A stretch of 64,000 nucleotides of DNA from Trichosphaerium sp. ATCC 40318 (taxonomy: Eukaryota; Protista; Tubulinea), in assembly GCA_038496445.1 (NCBI GenBank), contig JALMLS010000562.1, forward strand, positions 124,001-188,000. Reading direction: 5' to 3'. Positions within the stretch are counted from its first letter, which is position 1, and the number at the start of each line of letters is the position of its first letter. The notes beneath the pieces are model-generated. The model searched no databases, was not told where the DNA came from, and worked only from the letters and a program-made list of their open reading frames with translations. Positions 9,886 through 23,472 of the stretch are shown here, piece by piece. The position numbers and the translations under genes were made by a program.

Positions 9886-12800
9886 TTAGTCATCCAAGAA
9901 AATACCACCCGGTTTTTCTATAGGCGTATTTAGCTCCCAAGTACCCTTTCTACGATTAAGTGTAGCAACACGTCTTAAACAGTTTTTGAATTGAACTTTT
10001 ATGGCTTGATTCTTCATTTTATCACTGAAAGCATTAACAATCATGTTCGTACTAGCCTCACCGCCACGTTTCTTCAAAAACATTGTAATCTTATTATCCA
10101 ACTGATCGTCAGTCATACCTTTAAGACTACCCTTCGGAGAAGAAAATCCAGACCTCATACTTGAAAGCAATTGACTGGAAGAAGGAGCAGTCATTGACCC
10201 TGATAAACCAGCAACACTTGATCCCATAGAGCTCGATATGTAGCTATCATTCTGCATAGCTATACCGCTTCTTATCATCCTTGATGTTCGTATTGACTCT
10301 TCAGCATCTCTTACACATCTATCAGCTATTTCATCTTGATACTGCTTTGCGTGTTTAAGAGGAGAAGGTAATTTGTTGTTCAAAATATTATCGTGATTAA
10401 CAAGACCTTTCAAGTCTTCTCCGACAAGTTTACCAAGTAAATACTCATCATCTGCCTCTGCTACCTTTGGTTGTGCGCTTTCATTTTCTTTGTTTAGTAG
10501 TTCTTTAGTCCTTGCTGGAGCATCATCACTCTTCAGACGAAATAAATCTTTCAACTCGCCTGAACGGAATAACGCTCTATATTTTGCTGGATCTTTTAAG
10601 ATCTTATCCGTCAACAATTGCTTGTATATCTGACGATGATAGATCTTTTCTTCAATAGTACCAGCTGTTATAAGACGATATATAGTAACATCTCGGGTTT
10701 GTCCAATACGCCAACATCGTTCACGTGCTTGAATATCAGTAGCTGGATTCTAAAAATAGCCGATCAGAAAAGACATACAGACTGAGTTGCTGTAAAAAGA
10801 AAGTTCCCGTACCCAATCTGGATCGAATATTATAACACGATTAGCTCCAGTAAGATTTGTACCCAATCCACCAGTACGCGTTGTTAATAAAAACACAAAA
10901 AGGGAAGGATCCTCATTAAAAGATTTAATCAACCGCTAAACCAAATAAGCATTCAATTCATAACATTATAAAGAAACAAAAAAACAAATTTGCTGACGTA
11001 CCGAGCGTTTTTTGACAGGTGTGGTACCGTCCATACGCGAATAAGGCAGTCCCATATTAGATACGAAACTCTCCAAGCAATTAAGCATTTGTCTGGTCTG
11101 AGAGAAGACCAAAACCTTATGCTTCATGCTCTGCCAAATAGGCAATAACTTGGCTAAAACAACAAACTTTCCTGATCCATATGGCTCTGTACCAACAGTC
11201 AAATGTACATCAGGTTCACTTTTAATTCTTAAAAGAGCAGGATGATTACAAATCTTTCGAAGCCGATCAATACCAGTCAACAAATTTTTCCTTCCTTTAA
11301 AAACAGTCAATCCCAAAGTAACCACAAAAAAAAAGAAGTTTACCTTGAAGGATTTGGTTGAACTCCCTTGATTTCAAAAAGTTCTTGTATACAAACCGTT
11401 GAGTGTCAGTTAGTTTACAAAATAGAATCTAAACGGATGACAATAACGTCAGTGTTGAACAAACAAGACTTTGAATAAGTACCTCTTCTTTTTTATCAGG
11501 CAGTTGAAGATCAACATTCTCCTTACGTCTTATTAAAATATACGGACTTATAAGCTTTCTCAGAGCAACTGCTGTCTTTAACGCGATACGCTTACTCAAT
11601 GAATTAGCGTTCTTATATCCACCACGTTTAATAGGCTCAACAAACTGAGTAGTAAAAGTGTCCAAAGTCTAATCATTGATTAGCAATTAACCTATGTGTT
11701 CGAGTCGTACTGCAAGTTTACCAGGAAACACAAAATCAAATAGAGACCATAGTTCTACTAAATTATTTTGTATTGGCGCTCCACTCAGTATAATCCTGTG
11801 AAGCGTCTTTATGAAAATTAGTAATCCACTCAAGATGTAACAAAAACCAAGTTTTTGCGTACTGGAAATTGCTTTGCAGCCAGAGTTATGCCTGCAGCAG
11901 GGTTTCTCAATTTATGTCCTTCATCCATTACAACATAATCAAAAGGAACGCTAACAAGTTGATCTATCCAATCGCGTACACCACTGTATGTTGTAACCAG
12001 AACTGAACCTACACCTGAAAGAAGTACATTAGGTCAAGCATCACAAAAAAAGCAAACCGTACCCTGCTCCTCAACTTTATCAAGTAGAGTTGATCTATTG
12101 TCGTCTGAGGAGTTATGAAACAATAACACATCAAACTCGGGTGCCCATTGATTGAATTCAAGAATCCATTGTGTCATAATTGTGGCAGGACATACAATAA
12201 GCACAGGACCTTTAAGCTCTCCTGACATCATCAAACCTTTCAAAAAAACTGCAGTTTGTATTGTTTTTCTATGATTTGTTTAGTGCGATAAAAGTAGCTT
12301 TTGAAGTACATACCCTAATCCCATTTCATCTCCTACAATACCTCCAGAACCTTGTTGATGCAATTCCCACAGCCAAGTTACACCAGTCTTTTGATGATGG
12401 AACAAACGCGAATATGTTGTATAATCCAATTTATATCCACCGCTGAAAACAACGTATCGTTTGCGTCTTCTCTTTCTAGGTGCTTCGGATTCTTCATCGT
12501 CCTGACTAGTATCACGGTCGCGTTTATTACCAGATGAGGGAGCTTGTGACCCAAACGGAGTGAGAAACCCTTGTCGCACACGATCATTGTTGGCTTCTTT
12601 TGAGCCTATTTTTAAAGTAATCAGCACGTGTTGTTTAGTAAATAGCTAGTACCCAATAGCACTGAAGTTGTGGAAGGTTGCATGGATTGAGGTCTGTTGA
12701 TTTTATCATGGTGTTGTTTTAAACGCTTCTCAAGAGTGGATATTTTGCGCGTCTTTCAGCAAATTAGCGGGAAGTGAAGAAATGAATCGCGTACCAAAGA

Positions 12801-13010
12801 CGTTAACGCCTTTAAACGGTTATTAGCACCTTTATCCTGTAGTATCCGTCGTTGTTTTTTAAGTTCTTCTATTTCTTTCTCTATTTGCTCTCCTTTCTCC
12901 CTTTCTGCATCTTTTTGCTTGTTTTCAAGGCTTTGGAATACCTGTTCTTCTAATTGACGTTGTCCAATAGTTGTTACGCCAAGAGATTGAAGAGCGTCAT
13001 CCTCAGCCAT
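9886..13010 (-). CDS. ERCC6: SNF2-family ATPase ERCC6/CSB/Rad26, spliced
   Basis: [106 protein letters not shown] and a C-terminal winged-helix segment. Confidence 0.93.
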
Positions 13011-13134
13011 GGTGTCTTTAATATAGTGGCTTCACAACGAATTGTTGCCAATTTTTCTTGTTGACTTTTTCAGAATTTGGTTGTAATTTTTTTTCTCGTT
13101 TTTGCAACGTCGAGATCATGTGTATTTGCCTAAT

Positions 13135-15822
13135 ATGACCCATTGGTTGAAAGAAGGCCTTCGCAAGTTCGAGGTAACTGAATTGAGACAATTGATCCTC
13201 AAAGTAGCATAGGACGTACAAACTGGGTTTGTCGACGCGTTAGAAGGGCTAGACCAACATGTAGCGAAAATTAAAGGTAAATAATAATTAAATACCGCGT
13301 GTAACGATGTCAAAGAAAGCGCGGATCCAGACGCAGACCTTAGCGATGAAAAGATTTTTAGCTTTATTGATGAACAGCTTAAAGAAGCGAAATTACCGAA
13401 ACCGCCTCGTCTAAAGCCTAAAAAACAAAAGGCACCAGTAAAACAGGCGGACCACAAGCCAGAAAATGTAAGCGCAGATATTTTCTTACGTTTCTGTTAA
13501 CACTTTAAAGGATGCTCCCGAAACTGCCGGTACTGTAGAAACGGTATCACCAGAAGCCGAAAATATTAATGTAAATGACGAAAAAGAGCCAGAAACTGAG
13601 AAAGAGGATGATAACAATACTGAAGATGTGTCTGTTGAAGATGAGGAAGAAAATGATTCAGCAGAATCTCAAGCATCAACAGAACCACAAGAAGAATCCC
13701 CTACTGTGCCTTCAGATGCAGCGTCATCTGTATTATATGGACGCACTGATGCAGAGGATGATATTGAAGAAGAAAATCCTTACGCCGAAGAATTTAACGC
13801 CATTTATGCTGACAACCAAAAGTTGACACTTGAAAATGACTTGCACGCCTAAAATTCCAAAAACCTCATGATGTTTACAAACACTAGGTTGCGCAACGAA
13901 ATAAAGTCAATGGCACGACGATCTCGTGCTACAGAGCGACAGGCAGGTGAAGCAGATGGAAGAGCAAATAAAACGCTTACATCTCTACAAGAGACTGAAA
14001 GGCAATTGGCGCTTGTTGTATCCTCCTTGACCGAGTTTTTTAAACACGCACGTGTTTTTTTGACAACTAGCATTTTCTATTGTTACCTTGACATAAAAGA
14101 TGGAAGAAAAGGAAGAGAAACAGGCACTCATAACAGCCTTAGAGTCCCAGAAGGAAGCACTTAAAATTCAGCTAGCCCAGGTTATATTTTTTAACTATCT
14201 ACGATTTGTAATTTCCAACACTATTGATAGGTTCACTCTGATACAGATGAAGCTAATAAGCGCGTTTCTGCACTTCAACGTGATATTAACGAAGTCACAA
14301 ATCAAGCTGAATTATTGCAAACAGAGAATAGCAAATTACGTGCTAAGACCATTCATCAAACTCAAGAGTATCAATTACAGCTTAATGCACATAAAAAGAG
14401 AGTAGAGCATGTTGAGAATGAGCTTGAAATATCAGAAAAGAAATTACAAGACTATAAGCAGCGTGCAAGGGAAGCCTTACAAAATAAGGAAAAATCAATA
14501 GCTGAGTTGGAAGACAAGATACAGGAGAAGAATCCCAACTTGGCCGACTATATTACAAAGGCTCAGTACCAAGAACTTGAGTCCACATTGCACGCTAATA
14601 ATGCTACGTTGAATGCGGCTGAACAACACTTATTGACACTTCAAAAACAGCTTTTGGTACACACAAATTTGACCTTCACGTTTTTGTTGCGGCTTTCTTT
14701 TACTTCTTGACACTTTTGCGTGATTTTATAAGTGTCTTTGTACTTACTAGCTCTTCTATTTAGGAGAGAGAAACGCTCTCTGAAGAACAAAGTGAGCTAG
14801 CTAAGGCAGACATTAACGAACTCAGACAAAAACTTGCAGTTTCAGAAAATAGAGTTACCTCTTTAGAAATGGAGATAAAATTAAAAGCAAGGGAGGAATC
14901 TCAACAAGTGCAATCTGTAAAGAAAGATCTTAGAACAACCACATCTACAGTTAAACAACAAGCCGAAGAGATTGCTGTACTAGAGAAGGAACTTGTTGAC
15001 ACAAGACATTTTAAAATAGAGAAACAAGGACTTCAGACTAAGCTCAAGTCATTATCAGATCAGCTATTTTCAAAGCAAGCACAGATTGAATCACTAACAT
15101 CTGAGAAAACAGCACTACAACTGAGGTTAGAATCAGAAGTTAAGGTGAGCATCTTTTTGATCTTTTTTGCGATTAGCAAGTTTACTCCAGTTTTGGCTGT
15201 TGTGATACTTCACGACGTTCTGTTCCTTTTAAATATTAATGATTTGCCTAATATTCGACTAGAAAAACCGTTCTCAGCCTAGAGGGACAAAACGTGAGTA
15301 TAAAACGAGTAACAAAGGAGGGAGCCTACCCGTAACTGTTAAATCAAGAACTCGTAAGGATGCTTCAGATCGTACGTATTTTTAATCTATCAATTGCGTA
15401 ACCCTGATGGTTTTGTTCAGTTTCAAGTCACCCTATTGCTTCTTTAGTGGGTGCTGATAGCGTTAGTAATCAGCAAGGATTCCGTCAACGTGTTGTCAAA
15501 GCTGCAGATTTTATAGACCACATAACGTATGTGTAGCACTTTTGGTTTCGCGTTCAGCTGTTTTTTTGTTGTATCTAATGATGTTGTAGAGCAATTGCTA
15601 CTTTGTACTTAAGGCGTAGACCTGCTGCACGTGTTATAGTATTGTTATATTTCGTCCTTGTACACTTTTGGGTGTTTTATGTTACATTACACTCACTACC
15701 AACAGGTACCACCTTTTTCCGGAAAATGGACGAATAGTTTTTGTTTACTTTTTTTGATAGGTTGGCATTCAGTTGAGGATAACCCACATTTACAGTCTAA
15801 CACAGAAATCAGCCCAACTTGA
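13135..15822 (+). CDS. GOLGA5: Golgin-84 / golgin A5-like coiled-coil tail-anchored protein, spliced
   Basis: LENDL|LRNEIKSM, LSDQLFSKQAQIESLTSEKTALQLRLE and a C-terminal TM YLRRRPAARVIVLLYFVLVHFWVFYV. Confidence 0.8.
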
Positions 15823-15947
15823 CCATAGGGTTTGAAGTTTTAAAAAAACCAAATAAATGATAACCGTTTTTGTACAATTTAGGAAATCTCTAGCTGAATT
15901 TTATTTTCTTTATATTACAAGTATTTTACAAATTCTGGTTTTATTAT

Positions 15948-16952
15948 TTACCCTGAACTTGAACTTGAACTTGACGCATAATAGTCATCGGTGTCTTCTG
16001 ACGCTATAGACATTGAATGGCGTTGATTAGTTACATCATGCTCCGCTTCATCTATCTGGGATATTGTTATAGTAGGTCCATCTACGGGCGCTGTAGAGGT
16101 ATTATCAACTGTTCTCTGTGCTCCTCGTCTAAGAATGGCAAACCCGAAGACATACTGCAACAGTAAAATGAAAGTGTATAATACGTTGATGAGAATCAAA
16201 GCACTTATAGCTATTATTTTAAAGCTCTTCAAACCATCGTTTGTATCAGGTACAAATATGTTAAGTAGTATACCACTTGTGAACACAACAACATCACCAA
16301 TAAGTGTAACATCGATAATATCACATTTAAGTCTTCTTGATTGTTTCACTCTGATTTTGCCTTCAGTTTTGCCGCAACACCCAACGCTTAGTTTGTAGTA
16401 TAGTATCAAACCAAATATAACTGCGCTGGATAATATCATGAGTACACGATAACCCGTGACCATATAAACATTAAAGAAAGTATCTCCTGAAAGTGTCTCC
16501 AAAATCGCATGTACGAAAATAAGAAGAAACGCCGCCAGAAGAATGACCGCCTCCACATACTTGACAAATACCGACCACCACACTTCTTTCGTCTGTAGCT
16601 CTACACTTCTATACAAAACAACGAAAGAGATGCCAATAATGTACAACGAAGTAGCATAGTCTAGAATATCAAAACGAGATGCACATGCACTTAAAAGGTA
16701 CAATAGCGTAGCGCCAATACTAGCGATAATATAGCATGTGACCAAAACGTGCTTCTTGAACTTGTACACTTTCACTCCATGTGAGGCGTTAAAGGAATTG
16801 CGAAACTTCTGGTTAAACGCTGCAAGATCAAAGACTGTATAGCATACAAGGAACATCAGCGCCACGGAGTGCAGTATGAATCCAACAAGGGTAGGAGTGT
16901 CTTTAGAGCAATCAAACTCTATTCCAGAAGCATCTGTTGTGTTGTTAAACAT
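15948..16952 (-). CDS. Intronless seven-transmembrane (GPCR-like) protein
   Basis: N-terminal NNT sequon, seven hydrophobic segments and an acidic, Ser-rich C-tail ending SSSSSSG. The likely start is MFNNTT; the ORF is open up to 17072. Confidence 0.6.
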   Translation of the reverse strand: MFNNTTDASGIEFDCSKDTPTLVGFILHSVALMFLVCYTVFDLAAFNQKFRNSFNASHGVKVYKFKKHVLVTCYIIASIGATLLYLLSACASRFDILDYATSLYIIGISFVVLYRSVELQTKEVWWSVFVKYVEAVILLAAFLLIFVHAILETLSGDTFFNVYMVTGYRVLMILSSAVIFGLILYYKLSVGCCGKTEGKIRVKQSRRLKCDIIDVTLIGDVVVFTSGILLNIFVPDTNDGLKSFKIIAISALILINVLYTFILLLQYVFGFAILRRGAQRTVDNTSTAPVDGPTITISQIDEAEHDVTNQRHSMSIASEDTDDYYASSSSSSSG

Positions 16953-17398
16953 AATACGTGTTGTTGCTCCTATTGGAGTGAATATACTATTTTGAGAAAA
17001 CGTACACAACCGGAGTTTGTTAAATAGTAAACGTTTACTAAACCCCTGCTCTGGGTACTTCGTTGGCACCATGTCGCAACATCATAACTAGCTCCACTTT
17101 TCTCCACGCCGGTTGAGATCACGTGATTTCTAAAAAACTAGATTTATTTCGCGTGATTTGAAGTTACTATAAAGCTACTTGAGTCTACATTTGCAAAAGG
17201 TATGTTTAGTTCTGTTGACCCTAGAGGCTAATTTAGGGTACAGTCAGGTGGTTTGGCGGCTCGTCGTGTCTACGAAACTGATGTAGCTTCTGATTAGTAC
17301 CGTAAACGGTAATCTACGCTGTTTTTTTATTCACTATTCTACAATAGCGCAAAATGGTTTGTTTTTTTATAATCTCGTTCTACTCCGTTCCCCGCGAC

Positions 17399-20300
17399 TT
17401 AATTTAACATTCCTGGCAGCTCAGTTGGTGTAAATGTCATGAACTGCATTACATAGTCTTCATCACCCAAGAAAGTAGACGATGCTCCAACCCTAAGCAA
17501 TTTTAAGCACGTGTAATAATTTGATGTTATAACGCACTCAATACGGCTGAATGGTCCGTATAGGGAACCGTCAATGAGGACTTGATGCGCTTTTTGGCCT
17601 TTGACACCATCCCACTCGATTTCAACTTGACCAACCTGGTAGAAATTACCAGATTCTTTTCTGTCGTCCTCGCTACCGCCAGTACTCTTATCTTTTTTGC
17701 GTTTCTTAGTTGTCTCCTTTTTTTTCAATGTTATCAAACAACCAATTATACATCTAACATACCTCAAGGTACATCTCCAACCAACGTCTAGAAGGGTGAG
17801 ATCCAACACCAGTATCTCCCTTCCAGTTGACAGAACGTAAAACGACGTGTCTGTATTGACGAGTTGGCAATTGACGTGTGCCTCTGCTCACTTCATAAAC
17901 GTTCATCTTGGTTGACATGTTGTGAGTTTGGAGTTTAAAAATATGTGTATTCGAGGTACCTCACTAAGCTTGATGTTTAAAATAGCAGAGTTGAATTTAG
18001 ATGAGCTTGATTCATCATTAGCGTTACTTACTAAAAAAACACTTAGTAGTTGTAACATAAAAGAAAAAAAAAGCTGATGAATAAGATTCTTAGGTTAGTT
18101 TCAGACGTACCAGCCATATGAACTTCATAGCCAAGTTCAACGCGTTGACAAAAAGGAATCATGATCGACTTTCCTTTGCCTTCCTGCCAGCAACGACAAT
18201 GATAAATCATAGTCTAAGCAGGAAAATAAATTTTACAAGGTATTAAGATAAATTGATTGTGTTTCGTACCCTGCAAGGGTAACGTGCGAAGCGGAAAAAA
18301 TTCTCCATTTCCATATGAAAGAAAGTGCTCGGAGATACGCCTGTTCCCTCTGAAAATAATGTCCGAAGACTTACTTCAAGGTTCCTATTTGGTTCGCGTC
18401 TAGTAAGCTCCGAAACTGTACGCATTCGCATTTTTGATGTTGTTGGAGGTGGAGGATTCCTAGGTCGCCTTGTCTTCTTCAAAGGTTTTGGCGTTCCAGA
18501 ACCTATAGGTCTTACGGGGATACCAGGAGCAGTATCATTGGTTGCTTTACCTCTACCGTTTTCTGAAGAACACAAAGTTGTTAACACAAACATGTTATTA
18601 TTTTATGTTTGGTTGAGGTTCTACGCACGTGGATAGTATAAGTGTGGTAACGAATACCTTCCGCTCTTGTTCTTTGAGGTTTGTCGGACCTATTTAAAAC
18701 ACTATTAAATTAATGTCCTTTTTCAGTTGACGCACGTGAGAGGGCGGTTTTTGATTGCCCGAAAAAGACGGTAAAAAGCTAAAGCGTTTTTTGTTGCGTA
18801 CATGACCGTCTATCCTTCGCTCTTGGTCATGCTCAAGTTGTCTTTGTAACATTGGTGATATGAGAGGAGCGCCAGACTGGTCCGGAAGTTTGTCTTTGAG
18901 TTCCTAATAAGCTGAGAAGAGAGTCAAGAAATCTTCAATTGCATTACGCTTAAAAAGTTATCTGGTGCTGGTAGAGAACTATGCGACCTTTCTTTATGTT
19001 TTTCTTGGTTTTCTTCTTCATTTTTACTTGCCTTGTCTTCTTTATTCTTTTGCTTCACGCCAAAAATGTTCTTAACCTTCTGCCTTTTCGACTTCTGTTC
19101 TGGCGCTGTTGGCGTTATCTTCACAGAGGACTTCGGTTCTTCATTCCCAATTGAAGGGAGTAGAGATAGAACACCTTGAGTGAGGCTACATACGTTTCTT
19201 GAGTACCACCTATCACGACTTGCAATGAAGCGAGCCAAGTTGCATTTTGAAGGAGGTATCTAAAACAGTCATTTCTTTGATGTAAAAACAAAGTTGGGTT
19301 TTGTTACCAAATAAAATTGGATATCAATGCCTTTGAACAAGTCTCGTAATGACATTATTAGAGAAAAGTAAGCACTTGTTATAAGGTGTATAGTTTTATC
19401 ATTTCCTATGACACCAATCTTTACAGCTGTTCGTCTACTCGTAGTGTTAAAAAAGCACGTGATATTTTCGCGGTTTTTTTTAATACCTTTTGTCGTGCTT
19501 TATGCTCTTGTGATCTTGTAGTATAACTTCCAATGCTGACATTACTACCTCTCGTTCAGGGAAATAGCATTTGCTACCAAAAGTGTTTGTTTTCGTTATT
19601 TGATGGTTTGATGTAATTTCTGTTATGCTAAACTCCAAAGGCGGTAAGCTATGACCAGGTTAGTATTTTGGCACTTCGCTAATTTTGTACCTTGGAGGTT
19701 GAACTCGTACTGGCGTTGCCTATTGATTGGTTAGTATAATAACAGCCGGTAAAGATTGCTTACACCGACAGACATTTCAGAACGAATGAGTTTGTGAAAG
19801 GCTTGTAATTTATGGGTTCTAAACTTAGTAGCTTCGCTATGCTCTTGCCTGAAGGTGTTCAATAAGTAAAGACTGGCACGATATACACGTACATGCAAGC
19901 TGATGTGTTCATTATTTCAACTAATTGTGAGTATAGTTTTGGGATAACATCGTCAGACACAAGATGTAATCCTACTGCATCAGTTTCCATATCAAGGCAG
20001 TTCATAAGTACAGCTATTAAAAAAAGTTAAGTAACTTCGTGACTAGCAAGTTTGTTGTTTACATGTTATGATGCCTCGATAAAGCTCGTTTGTAGTTACT
20101 ACTGGTTGTCTAGTTTTATAGTTCTCAACAATTGCTTGAACATCAAGTGCTCCTGGACAGTCTTTGTCGACAATCAGATGGATAAGTCGTTCCCTAATAT
20201 TTTTTTAAGTCACTAGTTCAAAGAACCTGTAAATATTAAATTACCTTGGCTCGTCTGGTTTTCCTTTGTGTATCTGAGGAAGCTCTGCTTTTAGTTGTTT

Positions 20301-21774
20301 TCTTATACCGGCGCCAGGTGCCCTTAAACAAAAATTAATCTTTTTTGAAATAAAATCACAATGTCATGCCTTCTTTCTATCTCTAGCACATTTAATACAT
20401 CTCTAGCTAGATGACAATATGGCATTGGCCATAAATATAATTTTTTCATTACTTGTGCGCTCTTTTCAAGCACGTTACGAGGAACGAAAGGACACTACAT
20501 GTAAAACTTTAGCGTGTAATAGTCAACAAATGTGGAAAAAACGTGCCGACATTATGTAACTTTTAAACATTAGCATAAGGTGTACTAACATTTCATCATC
20601 CAAAGACACATAATTAAAACACTCTAACATTATAGAAAATATATCCTTTGCATACGCTCTCATGGTAAGAAACTTGCGTAAAAAAGGACCTAAAAACGCC
20701 GAGGTATCTATTTGATGTGTTAAAAAAACCGTGAATTGTAGTTTCTGTCATTAGTTAATCACGTACATTCTACAGTTAACGTAACGTCTTTAATATCTCT
20801 ATGGAATTTACTGGTTATGTTAAAGCTCTGTTGAATCAAGAACTTGAAAGCTAAAGGTTTTTTTTGTAAGTACGAGCACGTGATAATTTTTTCCTTTTTT
20901 TCACGAACCAATTGTTGATAAATAGCTATCAACTTGAAGCATACGAACGATCTTAGAATAAAATTAGTGCCTTTGATGATATTTTTTTAACGTTTTACTA
21001 AAGTATAAGTACCTCCTCAGTAAACATAAACATCAGATCCGCCGTCACCTGAGCTTTAGTCGCTTTTTGTTGATGCCTTGTAAAATTTTTTGTCAGAAAA
21101 CAACTTTTTGGTTTTTGTTTTGGTTTCTAATTATTATACACACCTCACCAATCGCTTTACTATCGCTTCAAGCAAAGCAGATTTTGTGTTAAACTCGTAG
21201 TACTAATAGCCTGATTATTTGATGCGTTTTGGATAAAACTATGATACCATTGAAACAAAGTATATGGTCATCACTATTAGATTCGTTACAGCTCTTTCTA
21301 TTTAAAATAAGCGTTAACGTCAACACTTTTTAACTTGATAAATATAAATACAATACCCTGCTTGCTTATATCTGTTCTATACGTGTCGTCAGCTGTGCCA
21401 TCTACCTTTTTATATAATAAACCTCGCGCTAATCGAGAGACCTAAACAGCACACTGTGTTAATTAAGAATAAATAAAGTATCACGTGCCATTTCCGTAAG
21501 ATCTGTGTGGGTAAGACGCTCTTTCCTGCTCTAAAGTTAATATCAAGTACGCACATAACTACGCTCACCCTATTTGAATACCGTGTAGTTTTGTTAGAAG
21601 TACAACAAGAAATGCCCCAGCCTTTCTCGGTTTCTGAAGGTCTCCCTCCCATAGTTTTACCCACATAACTTTAGAGAGCTTCCCGTTGTTCTCGAACATT
21701 GTCTTGCAAGTGTTTGCCATATCAATGAGCTCATCGTGCTCTTCCGCACTTAGCTGTATCGGATCAGAGCTCAT
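17399..21774 (-). CDS. PI3K class IB regulatory subunit p101/p84 (PIK3R5/6)-like protein with N-terminal extension, many introns
   Basis: KKLYLWPMPYCHLARDVLNVLEIERR|APGAG, KIGVIGNDKTIHLITSAY...IQFYL|IP, RDRWYSRNVCSL and C-terminal MQFMTFTP parallel p101 blocks as I recall them (TWP-PY...ELKAPG, RVVVFGSDR, DPWYERNV, PIMTF). The start is 21774 or 21652. Confidence 0.65.
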
Positions 21775-21936
21775 TTTCAATTCATCACGTGCTTGGGCCT
21801 TGTTCGATACCGCCGGAACGCCAGGCAATTAAGTCATTTTTGTTTAAGGTTATACGCTTGCCACAGAACCCTTACTTCGCTTTTGAAAAGCAAATAACTG
21901 ACAGTTGTGTTGTTTTAAAAAAACGAACTCACCAAA

Positions 21937-23288
21937 ATGCTTACTGGATCTCTGGTTACATTCTCACGCGCTTGGAGATCGCACAGGCTAGCAAATCAAA
22001 GATACGAGCGTAATACGACTAAAAGACGGTCCCCTGCACTTAGTACGTGTAGCTGCTACAGTTGTTACTCATTATTATAGATGTTACACAGCAACAGGTC
22101 AGATATTACCCAAAACAACGCCGTCCAAAGTCTAACTACGTACGTGCGCGAATGTTGATACTCGCAGCTCAAATACAGTATTAGCAAGCTCAAAAAAGAA
22201 TGCAAGAAAAATCTCGTGAGTCCATTTCAGAGGACGAGCAAAGTCCACTTCGTTTTGTGTCACAAAACAAACTCAAGCGATCAATGACTTTTTTGCAATC
22301 CAATCAAGTACGTGTCATTCAAACTGAAGCCACCACACGCTTTCTAATACCCAATCAAGGTCGTTGACCCGTTTCTTCCACCTAAAACCTCACCTTTGAA
22401 CCCATTTACGAGTTTGTTCTACAGATATCGTTATGACTACACTGTACGTCTTGGGTACTCCTTAATGCACAGATTGCAAACATGGTGGCTATGGTTGTAC
22501 GCTTTAGTAATGAATGACAAGACAATCAATGTATTAAATAATTTTATACAGACGAGATGTCATACCTTATAAAATAAGCAACAAAGCAGCTAAAGCTAAA
22601 GCTATTGAGCTATTTACACAGTTTCACGAACTTATAGCAAGACAAGATTACCAAGGGTTGAACCACATTTGCTCAGAGAAACTCGCTTCGGTATGCTTTA
22701 CTGACCCACATGTTTTGTTTGTTTGTAGTGTTAACATTGTTTGTTGTAGCGTGTGATAAATGACATGAAAGGAACACAAATTCAAAAGAATGCTGAGATG
22801 TCTTGGAGCGCAAAGTATATTAAACCAAAAGTTTTGTTCTGTAATGTTATTATGACACCAACAGAAGGCAGTGACGATCAATACGTCCAACTTACAATGA
22901 GAATTAAGAGCTCTCAGGTATATGAACAAAATTGCAAAATTCTTCCTATCCTAACCTAAGTATGCTAGTCCTTGATTGTTAAAGATAAGAAAACTGGTAA
23001 AGTAATCGCAGGAGATGAGAGAGGTATTGAATCGACAACATACTGGGTTTTTGAGCGTAATGCAACCAATGAAAAAGATGAGGTTAGTACAACAAAAAAA
23101 AGATCTTTTTTTTGGTTTTTTTGCAAATAGTTATTCCTTTTAACGCTTTTTGTTAGTGGTTCATTATTGACAATCCATCGGCTCCTGATGAGTACGTACA
23201 CGTGCCAACACCATCAGCAAAGCAAAAGAAGAGACAAAAAGAAATGGGAGACGATCCTTACAAGAAACACAGAAGGAGAGAAGAGTAG
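21937..23288 (+). CDS. Tim44-domain mitochondrial protein (mL45/MRPL45/Mba1-like), spliced
   Basis: Arg-rich presequence. YVQLTMRIKSSQ|SLIVKDKKTGKVIAGDERGIESTTYWVFERN...WFII. Confidence 0.75.
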
Positions 23289-23472
23289 AGTAATTGTAGA
23301 TTGTTTTTTGAAAAAAAACGCCCAACGAATCTCGTAACCCTTTTTTGAACTGTCACTACCTTTATTGCTTGCGTATCTTCGTGTTGTTATCGACATCTCC
23401 CTAATCTCACGGAGAGACACTGCTGACTTAACTCTGTCAGAGATATTTCACTAATTTACTTGTTTCGAGATT

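Noticed and set aside
17170-17312. Hairpins plus CTGA and GAAA-CTGATG words (snoRNA or hammerhead?)
   Set aside because: No proper C box or CUGANGA core, and the stems are short enough to arise by chance.
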